Below, piece after piece: positions 28,964 to 37,638 of a DNA stretch of 51,622 nucleotides (positions are counted from its first letter, which is position 1; each line of letters opens with the position of its first letter). Origin of the DNA: Thermodesulfobacteriota bacterium (lineage in GTDB: Bacteria > Desulfobacterota > Desulfobacteria > Desulfobacterales > SURF-7). The translations under genes were made by a program, and so were the position numbers. The stretch spans positions 1-51,622 of the forward strand of contig JBMORA010000058.1 in the NCBI GenBank assembly GCA_049320885.1, in the 5' to 3' direction. Below the pieces are notes generated by a model. It made no database searches. It saw only the letters and a program-made list of their open reading frames with translations, and was not told the DNA's origin.

Positions 28964-28976
28964 TTTTTTCTCCTTG

Positions 28977-29678
28977 TCAGAATGGGATGTCATCGATGCA
29001 ATCCGTTCCCAGGGTTTCCGAAGAAACAATGGGTTCCTCCAGATGAGCCGTGTCCGCGTTCCGGGAACCGAGCATCTCCAGATGGGCGGCGATGACCTCG
29101 GTGCTGCTGCGGGTGACGCCGTCCTTTTTCCAGGAGCGGGTCCGGAAACGGCCTTCGATGCAGATTTGTCTGCCTTTCTCCAGATAGCGTTCGCAGATTT
29201 CGGCCAGTTTGCCGAGGGCGATGATCCGGTGCCACTGGGTTTCAAAGCCGCTGCCGTTCTTCTCGTTGGTGGCAAGGGAGAGGTTGGCCACCGCCAGTCC
29301 GTCCTTGGTGTAACGGATTTCCGGATCGATCCCCAGGCGGCCGATGAAGATGGCCTTGTTGACGCCGAGGTTCGAGCCCGATCCCAGCATGACGATCTGG
29401 GAGGCGACAATCTCCGTGGTGTAGCGTTTGATGCCGTCCTTTTCCCAGACTTTCTTCCGGGATTTGCCTTCGACATATACCTGCTCGCCTTTTTTCAGAT
29501 AGGAACCGCAAAGCTCCGCAAGTTTGCCGTAAACAATGACCCGGTGCCATTCGGTCTGGGACTGGTCCTTGATCCTTTCCGTGGTGGCAAGACTCAAATT
29601 CGTGACAACATGGTCATTTGTGGTATGACGAATCTCGATGTCCTTGCCCAGATTTCCAATCAGGATGGCCTTGTTCAT
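28977..29678 (-). CDS. ssb: Single-stranded DNA-binding protein with two tandem OB folds
   Basis: MNKAILIGNLGKD..TEWHRV..YLKKG..VYVEG repeated as VNKAIFIGRLGID..TQWHRI..YLEKG..ICIEG; C-terminal DDIPF. Confidence 0.95.
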   Translation of the reverse strand: MNKAILIGNLGKDIEIRHTTNDHVVTNLSLATTERIKDQSQTEWHRVIVYGKLAELCGSYLKKGEQVYVEGKSRKKVWEKDGIKRYTTEIVASQIVMLGSGSNLGVNKAIFIGRLGIDPEIRYTKDGLAVANLSLATNEKNGSGFETQWHRIIALGKLAEICERYLEKGRQICIEGRFRTRSWKKDGVTRSSTEVIAAHLEMLGSRNADTAHLEEPIVSSETLGTDCIDDIPF

Positions 29679-29691
29679 GATGTTGCTCCTT

Positions 29692-30330
29692 TCAGTTTAA
29701 GGGTCGTACCCATTCCTTGGTTTCGCCGTTGAAGCGAAACCCCGATGATTTCAACATGCCGCGATGCTTGTAGATCACGCCTTTCTTGCCTTCGGTGACC
29801 ACCAGATGTCCGTCTGCGATCTTGATGCCGAGCCCGATCTCTTCCAGGAAACCGAAGTCATCGATTTTGGAGAGGTCGGAAGGGTTCCGTTTTTCGTTTG
29901 AAGGTTGCCGGGGTTGGGTTGCATGGGTTGCGGTTCCGTTGGCAAACGCCGCATCCTTTGCTTTTTCCAGTTCCTGATTATTAATAAGCGCTGTGTAAAG
30001 TTCATCCGCGGAACAAAACTCGCCGCCCCCGAAACCGGCTGAAAAAAGCGCCCGGCCAATGGCGGAAGTTTCACAGTTTTCCACCGCTGATGTTTTGTTG
30101 ACAAAGCTCGCGCTTCTCACTTCTTCGGCCGTGCCGATGGCGACGACGATTCCGTCCGGATTGACGATCGCTGTTTTGCAAAGCACCGTGTCCTCGCTTG
30201 GAAACGAGATCTCGGGCACGATGCGCCAGCCGGAGTCCACCGGAAACTTGTCGCGAAACTTACGTACCCGTTCAGCCACGGTTTCATAATGTTTTTCATT
30301 GCCCTGCTTGTCTTTGATGATGACAGCCAT
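29692..30330 (-). CDS. Putative Rad52/Sak-like single-strand annealing protein
   Basis: YETVAERVRKFR...GTAEE...KTSAVENCETSAIGRAL; lies between the exonuclease and ssb. Confidence 0.6.
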   Translation of the reverse strand: MAVIIKDKQGNEKHYETVAERVRKFRDKFPVDSGWRIVPEISFPSEDTVLCKTAIVNPDGIVVAIGTAEEVRSASFVNKTSAVENCETSAIGRALFSAGFGGGEFCSADELYTALINNQELEKAKDAAFANGTATHATQPRQPSNEKRNPSDLSKIDDFGFLEEIGLGIKIADGHLVVTEGKKGVIYKHRGMLKSSGFRFNGETKEWVRPLN

Positions 30331-30355
30331 GTTTGCCTCCTTTTGTTTTTTTTTT

Positions 30356-30382
30356 GACGGGATCAACAGGATCGACAGGATT
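30356..30382 (+). repeat. Solo 3x9-bp arm (GACGGGATC AACAGGATC GACAGGATT)
   Basis: Same unit as the inverted-repeat elements in the tra region. Confidence 0.85.
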
Positions 30383-30428
30383 GAAAGAAGATCGATCCAT
30401 TTTCCGTATGGGATGGTGTGGATGGATT

Positions 30429-31352
30429 TCAGGAAATGGTGAGGACCGTGTAGGGTGTGGTCTTTTTGTATTCCTCGAACAGGTCCGGATGGGCGGATTT
30501 GAAGGCGCCGAAATCAAGGGTTTCTTTTTGTCTGGCAGATACCTTGATGATGGTGTCGCCTGCTTTTCCCGCCGTGAATTCTCCCAGGAATTGCTCGATT
30601 CTGGCTTTGGCCTGGAACGAAAGGGATTTTCCTTCTTTCTCCATGAGCTTGGCGTCCAGATACTGGTTGACGTCCTGCTGAATGGGGCTCAAATCCACGA
30701 CTTTCGCATCATCCACGAAAAAAGCCGGACAATCCGAACGGAAATGGCAGTAGGCGCACAGAGGGGATTTGTTGGTATGGAGGGAATCGGGGTTTTGATT
30801 CTGAAGCGCCTGCCAGATGCGATCGGCTGAGGCTTCGAGGTCTTTGAACAGCAATGGGCTGTGATTGTAACCGTTGAAAATGCGAACATCACCGGTCTGT
30901 AAATCCAGGGCGATGACCGCTCCTTTGATTTTCTTTTGCCGGTGGTTCAACGATAGTAGGCCCATTTGGTAATACAGTTGCTTTTCCCAGCCGTCATAGG
31001 GTTCCTGGGGAATAAACGATACGCTTTTGCATTCCAGAACCCCCATTTCGGTTTGGTTCCCGAAGGTAAAATCAAGATGGGCTTTGAGATGGGGTTTTTG
31101 GGGATGAACAGCTTCCAGTTGGCAGACATGCTTGATCTCGTTGTGATCCAGCGCCTCCTTGACGATGCTCTCCACGAGGTCGCCGCGCTTGAACCGCAAC
31201 AAGGTCTCGAAGGATTTTCGGGAAGGCGTCAGTTTTTCAAGACATCCTTTCCGTTCACAGGCGAGATCCGATGCACCGATATACGTGGATCGATCTCCCA
31301 GTTCATCCTTGGGCCGCTGCAAAAATTCTTGAATGATGGTTTTCAAATCCAT
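30429..31352 (-). CDS. Cas4/YqaJ-like PD-(D/E)XK exonuclease with Fe-S cysteines (not CRISPR-linked)
   Basis: DRSTYIGASD.AC, HLD, LECK, QLYYQM, CAYCHFRSDC. Confidence 0.8.
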   Translation of the reverse strand: MDLKTIIQEFLQRPKDELGDRSTYIGASDLACERKGCLEKLTPSRKSFETLLRFKRGDLVESIVKEALDHNEIKHVCQLEAVHPQKPHLKAHLDFTFGNQTEMGVLECKSVSFIPQEPYDGWEKQLYYQMGLLSLNHRQKKIKGAVIALDLQTGDVRIFNGYNHSPLLFKDLEASADRIWQALQNQNPDSLHTNKSPLCAYCHFRSDCPAFFVDDAKVVDLSPIQQDVNQYLDAKLMEKEGKSLSFQAKARIEQFLGEFTAGKAGDTIIKVSARQKETLDFGAFKSAHPDLFEEYKKTTPYTVLTIS

Positions 31353-31376
31353 GGTGTCCTCCTTGTGTCGTTTGCA

Positions 31377-31432
31377 GACAGAAAGAGATCACCTCCCGCG
31401 TCAGGGGAAAGAAGTCTCTCCCTGTCCGGGTT
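31377..31432 (-). promoter_or_regulatory. Conserved structured 5' element (copy upstream of the exonuclease)
   Basis: Minus strand AACCCGGACAGGGAGAGA..TCCCCTGACGCGGGA..TCTCTTTCTGTC. Confidence 0.6.
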
Positions 31433-31858
31433 GTGGGTCTTGCAAGCAGTATCTTCCCGCATCACCGACGAAACGATGTCCCGAGCAACAGCTGCCAAGC
31501 ACCGCATCTGAGGCATCCGAGAACAGTCGGGAAGGACGGTTCCGAATCATCGTTTCATCTGATTGCTATCGGGCGCCGCAACGGTGTGTTTGCGTGTCCG
31601 TTGTCCCTGAAATCGGGCTGCATCAATAGAAAAACAGGTTTCTATGAGCAAAATAAATCGGTACACCCGCCGGTAAAAAAGCGGGATATTTTTCGGTTGC
31701 TCCGGTCCGGATCGCGGATTATTCCGGGGCATGGCTATGGTTTTCATTATCAATAATACCAGGGCGGTAAAGAGCGGACAGTGGCTCGCTTGCCGTATAA
31801 CTATATTTTGTACGCTATAATTCATTATAAAGCTGAATTGTAACATTTCATATATACT

Positions 31859-31922
31859 TTGACAGAGTGCTTACTATGTTATATATGTATTTATTCATAT
31901 ATTTTTTGAACAAGTACATATA
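31859..31922 (+). promoter_or_regulatory. abiE promoter/operator
   Basis: TTGACA at 31859-31864 and a 16-bp inverted repeat (31882-31897 / 31907-31922, 2 mismatches) just before the antitoxin start. Confidence 0.6.
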
Positions 31923-31931
31923 AAATATATT

Positions 31932-32750
31932 ATGAGCACATTGTCCGGAATAGGAAAAACCGATCGGGAAAGGATCGCGGCAATTATTCGCGGCACCAGA
32001 GAGACCATCTCTGTTGATGAGGCTGCCGGAATTCTGGGTATTTCATCGACCGATGCCGCCAAAATGCTGTCCAGATGGTCCCAAAAAGGTTGGATGTCAC
32101 GGGTGCGTCGGGGATTTTATGTCGCCGTGCCTTTGGAATCCCGCACAGCCGATATCCCGCTGGAAGATCCCTGGCCGGTTGCGGATCGTCTCTTCCGGCC
32201 GTGCTATATCGGCGGCTGGAGCGCCGGCGAATATAACGACCTCACCGAACAGATCTTCAGCAGCGTAATGGTGATGACGGTTCAGAAACCTCGATCCCGC
32301 AAAGTCAAAATCAAGAACGCGGTTTTCATTTTACGCAGCATTCCGGAAAAAGCGCTGTTCGGCCTCATGCCTGTCTGGAGAGGACAAACGAAAGTATCCG
32401 TATCCGATCCTTCCCGGACCATACTGGACATGTTGACCAACCCCGTACTTGGCGGCGGCATCCGTTCCACAAGGGAGATGCTGATCAATTATTTGCATTC
32501 GGATAACAAAGAGTTGGAGAGGCTGATCACCTATGCCGTTCGTTTGGGAAATGGTTCGGTATTCAAACGGCTTGGATTTTTGCTGGAAACCATCAGCCCG
32601 GAGGAAACACAAGCCATCGAGCGATGTCGTTTGAAATTGACTGCCGGAAATACAAAGCTGGACCCTCAGCTCAGCAATACGAAACTGATCACCAAATGGC
32701 GCCTGTGGGTGCCGGAAAACTGGAAGGGAGTGCGACCGATTGATCGATAA
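31932..32750 (+). CDS. abiEi: Type IV TA antitoxin AbiEi
   Basis: N-terminal wHTH (KGWMSRVRRGFY), YIGGWSA...LTEQI, VSDPSRTILD, KRLGFL. Confidence 0.85.
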   Translation: MSTLSGIGKTDRERIAAIIRGTRETISVDEAAGILGISSTDAAKMLSRWSQKGWMSRVRRGFYVAVPLESRTADIPLEDPWPVADRLFRPCYIGGWSAGEYNDLTEQIFSSVMVMTVQKPRSRKVKIKNAVFILRSIPEKALFGLMPVWRGQTKVSVSDPSRTILDMLTNPVLGGGIRSTREMLINYLHSDNKELERLITYAVRLGNGSVFKRLGFLLETISPEETQAIERCRLKLTAGNTKLDPQLSNTKLITKWRLWVPENWKGVRPIDR

Positions 32751-33936
32751 ATCAGAACTCAAGGATTTTGCGAGGGAGTTCGGCCTTGAAATACGTGTGG
32801 TTGAGAAAGACTATGTGCTGGGTTGGCTGCTTGCCGGTATATTCCAACACCAGATGGCCACAGGCTGGGTTTTTAAAGGCGGCACTTGTCTGAAGAAATG
32901 CTTCTTTGAAACCTACCGTTTTTCCGAAGATCTAGATTTTACAATCATGGAATCCAATCAACTCGATCAGGAGTATCTCATCAACAGCTTTAAGGCTATA
33001 GCAGAATGGATATACAACGAAAGCGGTATAGAAATACCCTATAACCTCATCCGGTTTGATGTTTTTGAAAATCATCGTGGTGGGATGGCGGCCCAGGGAC
33101 GAATCGCCTATCGGGGGCCATTGCAATCAAAAGGTGATCCGCCACGGATTAAACTGGATTTAACCAACGATGAAATCCTGGTTCTGGATTCTGTTATCAG
33201 AAATGTGCATCATCCGTACTCGGACTCGCCGGGTAACGGCATCCAGATGAATTGCTATCGATTTGAAGAGTTGTTTGCGGAAAAAATAAGAGCCTTGACG
33301 GAACGTGAGCGTCCAAGGGATTTGTATGACGTCATCCATTTATTCCGGCAGGCCGGAAACATATTGGATAATTCAAGCATATGGATCGCGCTTGAAAAGA
33401 AATGCGGGTTTAAGGGGATTTCGACCCCAACCATGGAAACTTTCGGAAAATCCGGTCATTTCGATGAACTCAAAGCCGAATGGGAAAACATGCTTGCCCA
33501 TCAATTGCCGGCGCTTCCTTCTTTTGAACAATTCTGGGAAGAGCTTCCTACAGTAATGGAATGGCTGCATAAAGGAGTTCGCAAAATAACAAAGCCGGTC
33601 ATACCCTATGGAAAAATGGCGATTGATGATTCATGGCGTCCTCCTTCGATGATTTCGGATTGGAACACTCAAACCCCTATTGAAAAAATCAGATTTGCCG
33701 GAGCCAACCAGCTCTGTGTGAATATCTTCCATCAAGACAATTATCGATTGGTGGAACCATATTCATTACGTCGTTCGAAAGATGGCGATATTCTGCTGTT
33801 CGCCGTTGAGCATGACTCGAACACCATCTTCCCATTTCCAATTGAAGGAATCAAAAGCGCCGAGGTTACCGATATTCCTTTTGTTCCCCGGTATTCCATT
33901 GAATTGACGCCGTCAAATCTGATTTTCTCAGGGTAG
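32740..33936 (+). CDS. abiEii: Type IV TA nucleotidyltransferase toxin AbiEii with C-terminal WYL-like extension
   Basis: VEKDY, FKGGTCLKK, YRFSEDLDF, AEKIRAL..R.RPRDLYD; extension IRFAGANQLCV...RLVEPYSLRRS. Confidence 0.85.
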   Translation: MIDKSELKDFAREFGLEIRVVEKDYVLGWLLAGIFQHQMATGWVFKGGTCLKKCFFETYRFSEDLDFTIMESNQLDQEYLINSFKAIAEWIYNESGIEIPYNLIRFDVFENHRGGMAAQGRIAYRGPLQSKGDPPRIKLDLTNDEILVLDSVIRNVHHPYSDSPGNGIQMNCYRFEELFAEKIRALTERERPRDLYDVIHLFRQAGNILDNSSIWIALEKKCGFKGISTPTMETFGKSGHFDELKAEWENMLAHQLPALPSFEQFWEELPTVMEWLHKGVRKITKPVIPYGKMAIDDSWRPPSMISDWNTQTPIEKIRFAGANQLCVNIFHQDNYRLVEPYSLRRSKDGDILLFAVEHDSNTIFPFPIEGIKSAEVTDIPFVPRYSIELTPSNLIFSG

Positions 33937-33998
33937 TGTAATAAACCATGCAGATGGAGAGCGGAACTATCGCTTTTTCGATCGATACGATTGTTCTG

Positions 33999-34028
33999 CA
34001 TATATATACAATTTTTTGTATATATATG
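33999..34028. repeat. Perfect AT-rich palindrome
   Basis: CATATATATACAA-TTTT-TTGTATATATATG between convergent genes. Confidence 0.8.
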
Positions 34029-34106
34029 TACTATCATCCGCCCGCCTAACTCCTATCGTGATTGATAAAAAACGGCAGCTCGGCCTATGCACGCCGGGGC
34101 TCAACG

Positions 34107-35759
34107 CTACGGAGCGCAAATCATATCATGCGCCGCGTTGTCCAGCACCTGCATATGGGAGGCGGCATTGGCGAATTCATTGAGACAGGCGCAATCCTGG
34201 ATCATGGTTTCTCCCGGTCCCACCGGGCAAACCTGTTCGGCGCCGCAGGATTTGTACATGACCTGGATGCTGGCCACCGAATGATGATAGTCCCAGGTAT
34301 TGGCCGTGGCGCCGGCCTGGGTGTTGGTGGAATTCAGGCGGACTTTGCAGGCCATTTCGCAAGAGGGATGCTCCGGGATGACGGGAAGGTCGGCGTTTTT
34401 CAGCGTGGTGGCGCCGGTTTCCGGGTCGTATTCATCATAGGACATTAGGTTGCCCGTCTTCCGGGCCGAACCGGAAGCGGTTCCGGCAATGGCCAGGGCT
34501 TCGCCGGTGTTGAACGTGACACCCGTATCGCAGAGATAATTGCGCCGGATGTTCCACCAGAGATCCGGACCGGATGCCAGCGGATACTCCATGCCGTTGA
34601 TCTGATAGGAAACGGCTGTTCCCGTGGTGGTGACCAGATACGAAAGACCGGTATCCTGGTCCGTGATGGAAACCGGAGCAAAGACCGGTGACAGGCCGGT
34701 GGGATTGCCGTCCGATCTGGCAAGCAGGCAGTTGCTGTTATCATAATCGCATATTTCTTCACGGTCTAGAACGCAACCGGACACATCCAACGAAGCGCAG
34801 GTATCCCGGTTGGACAGGCGCAGACTCCCGGAAGGATCGATGGATATTGAATGGGAGATCACACAGGATCTGCTTTCCCTGGGATGCAGGCGGGCATCAT
34901 AGGCCTTTTGGAGCTGTCGATAGGGACTTGCCGGATCACCCAGCTGGGCCTGGACTTCCCGGGCGGCTGGAAGGATTCTGCTTTCCGGGTCATAAAAAAC
35001 CTGGGGTGTCGATGACCCAGAAAAATACATACCCGATGCGCTCATACCTGTACCCATATCCGAGGATCGCTGGCCATAATATTGGATGGAATTCGTGTCC
35101 ACGGAGACGGCGGTCACCAGAACATTCGGAGTGCTTTTCTGAATGGCCGCCACCACGCCGCCTCCCATATTTTTCAGAATGAAATCCATGTTGCCGGCCA
35201 CCAGGTCGCTGCCGCAATGGGTATTCAGGCAATAACAGCCGTCCAGGTGCGTGATATCCTCGACTTCCTCCAGATAAACGGCTGACCCGGCATTCACCCG
35301 CCAGACATAAAAGCGGCAATTGTTCCAGGTACCGGAATCGCAGGCAATCACGCCGCCCTTGCATACGCCGGAAACGATCACGGGCGCCGTGTAAGCAGTG
35401 TCGAAAACATTGTCGAGGTTCGTGTCCTGTTGCAGGGTCAAGGTCACGATATCACCACTGGGTCCGGGGATTGCCTTCAGTTCCAGGAAACAGCCGGAAG
35501 ACGCCGGATTCAATTTCACCTTGAAATCCTGGGGGCCGGGATCATCCGGATCGGCATAGGTCGAGTTGAATGTGGTCATGGGGCTGGTATCGGATGTCAA
35601 GGGGACCTGCAACCGGGTGTTGATCTTGTCGCTGTCGCCGAGTTCTTTCATGATCGACGTGGCGGTATTCGTTCCGGCGGCATACCCATCGTCGTATTCG
35701 GTGGCCCATGACGGTGAACCAGACAGGAAGACTATGAGAGCAAGATGAAATAGAAACAT
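34107..35759 (-). CDS. Secreted Cys-rich TraN-like (N-terminal part) mating-pair protein
   Basis: Signal peptide, many paired cysteines (VSGVCKGGVIAC..GTWNNC, GCYCLNTHCG); last gene of the tra run. Confidence 0.6.
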   Translation of the reverse strand: MFLFHLALIVFLSGSPSWATEYDDGYAAGTNTATSIMKELGDSDKINTRLQVPLTSDTSPMTTFNSTYADPDDPGPQDFKVKLNPASSGCFLELKAIPGPSGDIVTLTLQQDTNLDNVFDTAYTAPVIVSGVCKGGVIACDSGTWNNCRFYVWRVNAGSAVYLEEVEDITHLDGCYCLNTHCGSDLVAGNMDFILKNMGGGVVAAIQKSTPNVLVTAVSVDTNSIQYYGQRSSDMGTGMSASGMYFSGSSTPQVFYDPESRILPAAREVQAQLGDPASPYRQLQKAYDARLHPRESRSCVISHSISIDPSGSLRLSNRDTCASLDVSGCVLDREEICDYDNSNCLLARSDGNPTGLSPVFAPVSITDQDTGLSYLVTTTGTAVSYQINGMEYPLASGPDLWWNIRRNYLCDTGVTFNTGEALAIAGTASGSARKTGNLMSYDEYDPETGATTLKNADLPVIPEHPSCEMACKVRLNSTNTQAGATANTWDYHHSVASIQVMYKSCGAEQVCPVGPGETMIQDCACLNEFANAASHMQVLDNAAHDMICAP

Positions 35760-35806
35760 TTGAAACTCCTTTGGGGAAAAGCGTAAAAGCCTAAAAAAGT
35801 TTCTTA

Positions 35807-35893
35807 GACAGGATTAACGGGATCAACGGGATATTTTTATCAGCGAAGCTGACGGAAGACTTTTTTGATCCTGTCAATCCCGTTAATCCCGTC
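35807..35893. repeat. 3x9-bp inverted-repeat element with internal TCAGCGAAGCTGA hairpin
   Basis: Arms 35807-35833 and 35867-35893. Confidence 0.9.
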
Positions 35894-35905
35894 AAAAAAC
35901 CGCAG

Positions 35906-36751
35906 TTACTTTTTTGGCGAAACGAATTTCAATGGGTCATGCCCGCTCTCCTTCTCGAATTCATACAAAGCCCACTGCTCCGGCGATATCTTGCCCTGCA
36001 TATACCGGATGGAGCGGTACAGCCGCTTTTTCAGATCGCTCATGGAAATGACGCCGGAAGAGACGGGCAGATATTCCTGGCTGTCTTTGTTCACCAGGAT
36101 GATGGACGGGGTCTGCTCGATCCCGAACCGGGCGACAAAATTCGGATTGGTATTCACATCCACGGAACGGATGGGCCAGTGATACTGGTTCTCAAAAAAC
36201 CCAAGGATCGATTGCTGGGCATCGCAGAACCCGCAATCCTCGTTGCTAAACAGGATCAACCCGAAATCGTTCCGGGCCTCCCGCATCACCGCGTCGTATT
36301 CCTTGGCCTGCATGGCGGTCAGTGCCACCCGGCCCGGGGAGGTGGTGGGATAGACATCCTCGGCGGTGGAAAACTGGGGATTCTTCTGGCCGACAAAATC
36401 CACCACGGCCGCAAAGGCGACGGACTTCCTGCGGGCCACGTCCTGAACTTTCAGATAATGAGCCACGTTTGTTTCGGTCGGGAACTGCACGGCCTGTTTG
36501 GTGACCTGATTCAAATGGGCCTGGAAAGCATCCGGATGCATGGTCCACAACTGGTCGTAGGAATATTCCGAGACCATCGCCTGTTGCGGTTTTTCTTCTT
36601 TAGGTTGATCCTGTTGTTCCTCAAATATCTCGTACCAGTACCATCCCCGTTTGGCATCCGGATTGGTCTCATCGTTTGAATCAGCCGGGGTGGCTACGAG
36701 AAACAACAGGCCCATGGTGAAGCAGATTATTGGTTTACGACCGAAACACAT
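35906..36751 (-). CDS. traF: F-type conjugative pilus assembly protein TraF (thioredoxin fold)
   Basis: KRGWYWYE, AVQFPTETNV..Y, CGFCDAQ, IEQTPS, GVIS. Confidence 0.85.
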   Translation of the reverse strand: MCFGRKPIICFTMGLLFLVATPADSNDETNPDAKRGWYWYEIFEEQQDQPKEEKPQQAMVSEYSYDQLWTMHPDAFQAHLNQVTKQAVQFPTETNVAHYLKVQDVARRKSVAFAAVVDFVGQKNPQFSTAEDVYPTTSPGRVALTAMQAKEYDAVMREARNDFGLILFSNEDCGFCDAQQSILGFFENQYHWPIRSVDVNTNPNFVARFGIEQTPSIILVNKDSQEYLPVSSGVISMSDLKKRLYRSIRYMQGKISPEQWALYEFEKESGHDPLKFVSPKK

Positions 36752-36797
36752 AGATGCGCCTGTTTCACTTACATAAGGTCAAGAACCGCGTACAAAA

Positions 36798-36824
36798 CAT
36801 CCTGTCAATCCTGTTCATCCTGTC
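36798..36824 (-). repeat. Solo 3x9-bp arm
   Basis: CATCCTGTC AATCCTGTT CATCCTGTC just past the S26 peptidase stop. Confidence 0.85.
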
Positions 36825-36830
36825 CAAAAA

Positions 36831-37331
36831 TCAAAACAACGGAATGGCGATGGCCTCCACTTTTCCCTTTTCCAGAAACCCGATATAACGGGAGTCGAAA
36901 CTATCCGGGCAGGAACCGATGGCAAAAAACGCTCCCTCTGGAATGATCCCGGTATAGTCGAACTTTTCAACCGGCGTCCCTTTTTTGGAATGGCTCTTGG
37001 CATGCCCGAGATACCGGTCGCCGCAGTAAAAGTCACCGAAATCCGTGGTCGAAAGCCGCTCCCCTTCGTCGCAACCGATCTTCTTGACCACCCGGCACGG
37101 CCGGCAACTCTCGGCAATGGCGGAATCGATGGATAGGATGACAAAGCGGCCGGTTGTCAATTCATTCCTGGCAAATCGGTCCTTGTAGTAAAAGAACCGG
37201 TACTTCAGGGAATGGGTCTTGGAAAAGGCGATCCGCTCCGGGATGGCCCGGCCCACATAAACCAAGGCCCCGAAACCCAAGGATAGACAGATCAGGAAAT
37301 GCGTCATCCGCCTCGGCTGCTTTGGAAGCAT
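36831..37331 (-). CDS. Conjugative S26 signal peptidase (TrhF-like); start uncertain
   Basis: TM segment, THSL, VVKKIGCDEG, DSFDSRYIG. Confidence 0.85.
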   Translation of the reverse strand: MLPKQPRRMTHFLICLSLGFGALVYVGRAIPERIAFSKTHSLKYRFFYYKDRFARNELTTGRFVILSIDSAIAESCRPCRVVKKIGCDEGERLSTTDFGDFYCGDRYLGHAKSHSKKGTPVEKFDYTGIIPEGAFFAIGSCPDSFDSRYIGFLEKGKVEAIAIPLF

Positions 37332-37347
37332 GCCCTGCGGGAATCGT

Positions 37348-37638
37348 TTATGGCGTAACAGTCTCCACATTTTTGGACAGCACCACATCAGCGGTTAATA
37401 TGATCTTGTTATCCGGCTGCTGCCGGATCAGGGCAATCATCTGCTCCAGTTTATGTTCCAATTCCTTTGGCGTGATGTTCCGGTTCAAATAGTCCTCCCG
37501 AACCTGTTTCAGAAAACCGGACGTATCCGCCGCCACAATCCGGACCGCAAACCATTGGTGATAAGCGGCAATGCTGGTTATTGATGTGCCGAGAGAAATC
37601 AGCAGGCACAACAAGACCGACTTGAGGTTATCCTTCAT
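37348..37638 (-). CDS. Small membrane-anchored tra protein (TrbI-like)
   Basis: N-terminal TM helix, overlaps the trbC stop, IILTADVVL tail. Confidence 0.55.
   Translation of the reverse strand: MKDNLKSVLLCLLISLGTSITSIAAYHQWFAVRIVAADTSGFLKQVREDYLNRNITPKELEHKLEQMIALIRQQPDNKIILTADVVLSKNVETVTP

Noticed and set aside
28964..29476. N-terminal extension of the 510-aa methyltransferase ORF
   Set aside because: It overlaps ssb in another frame; a good RBS and start exist at 28963.
30429..31352. Cas4-like gene as evidence for CRISPR-Cas
   Set aside because: No cas1/cas2 or array; the context (SSAP, SSB) indicates recombination.
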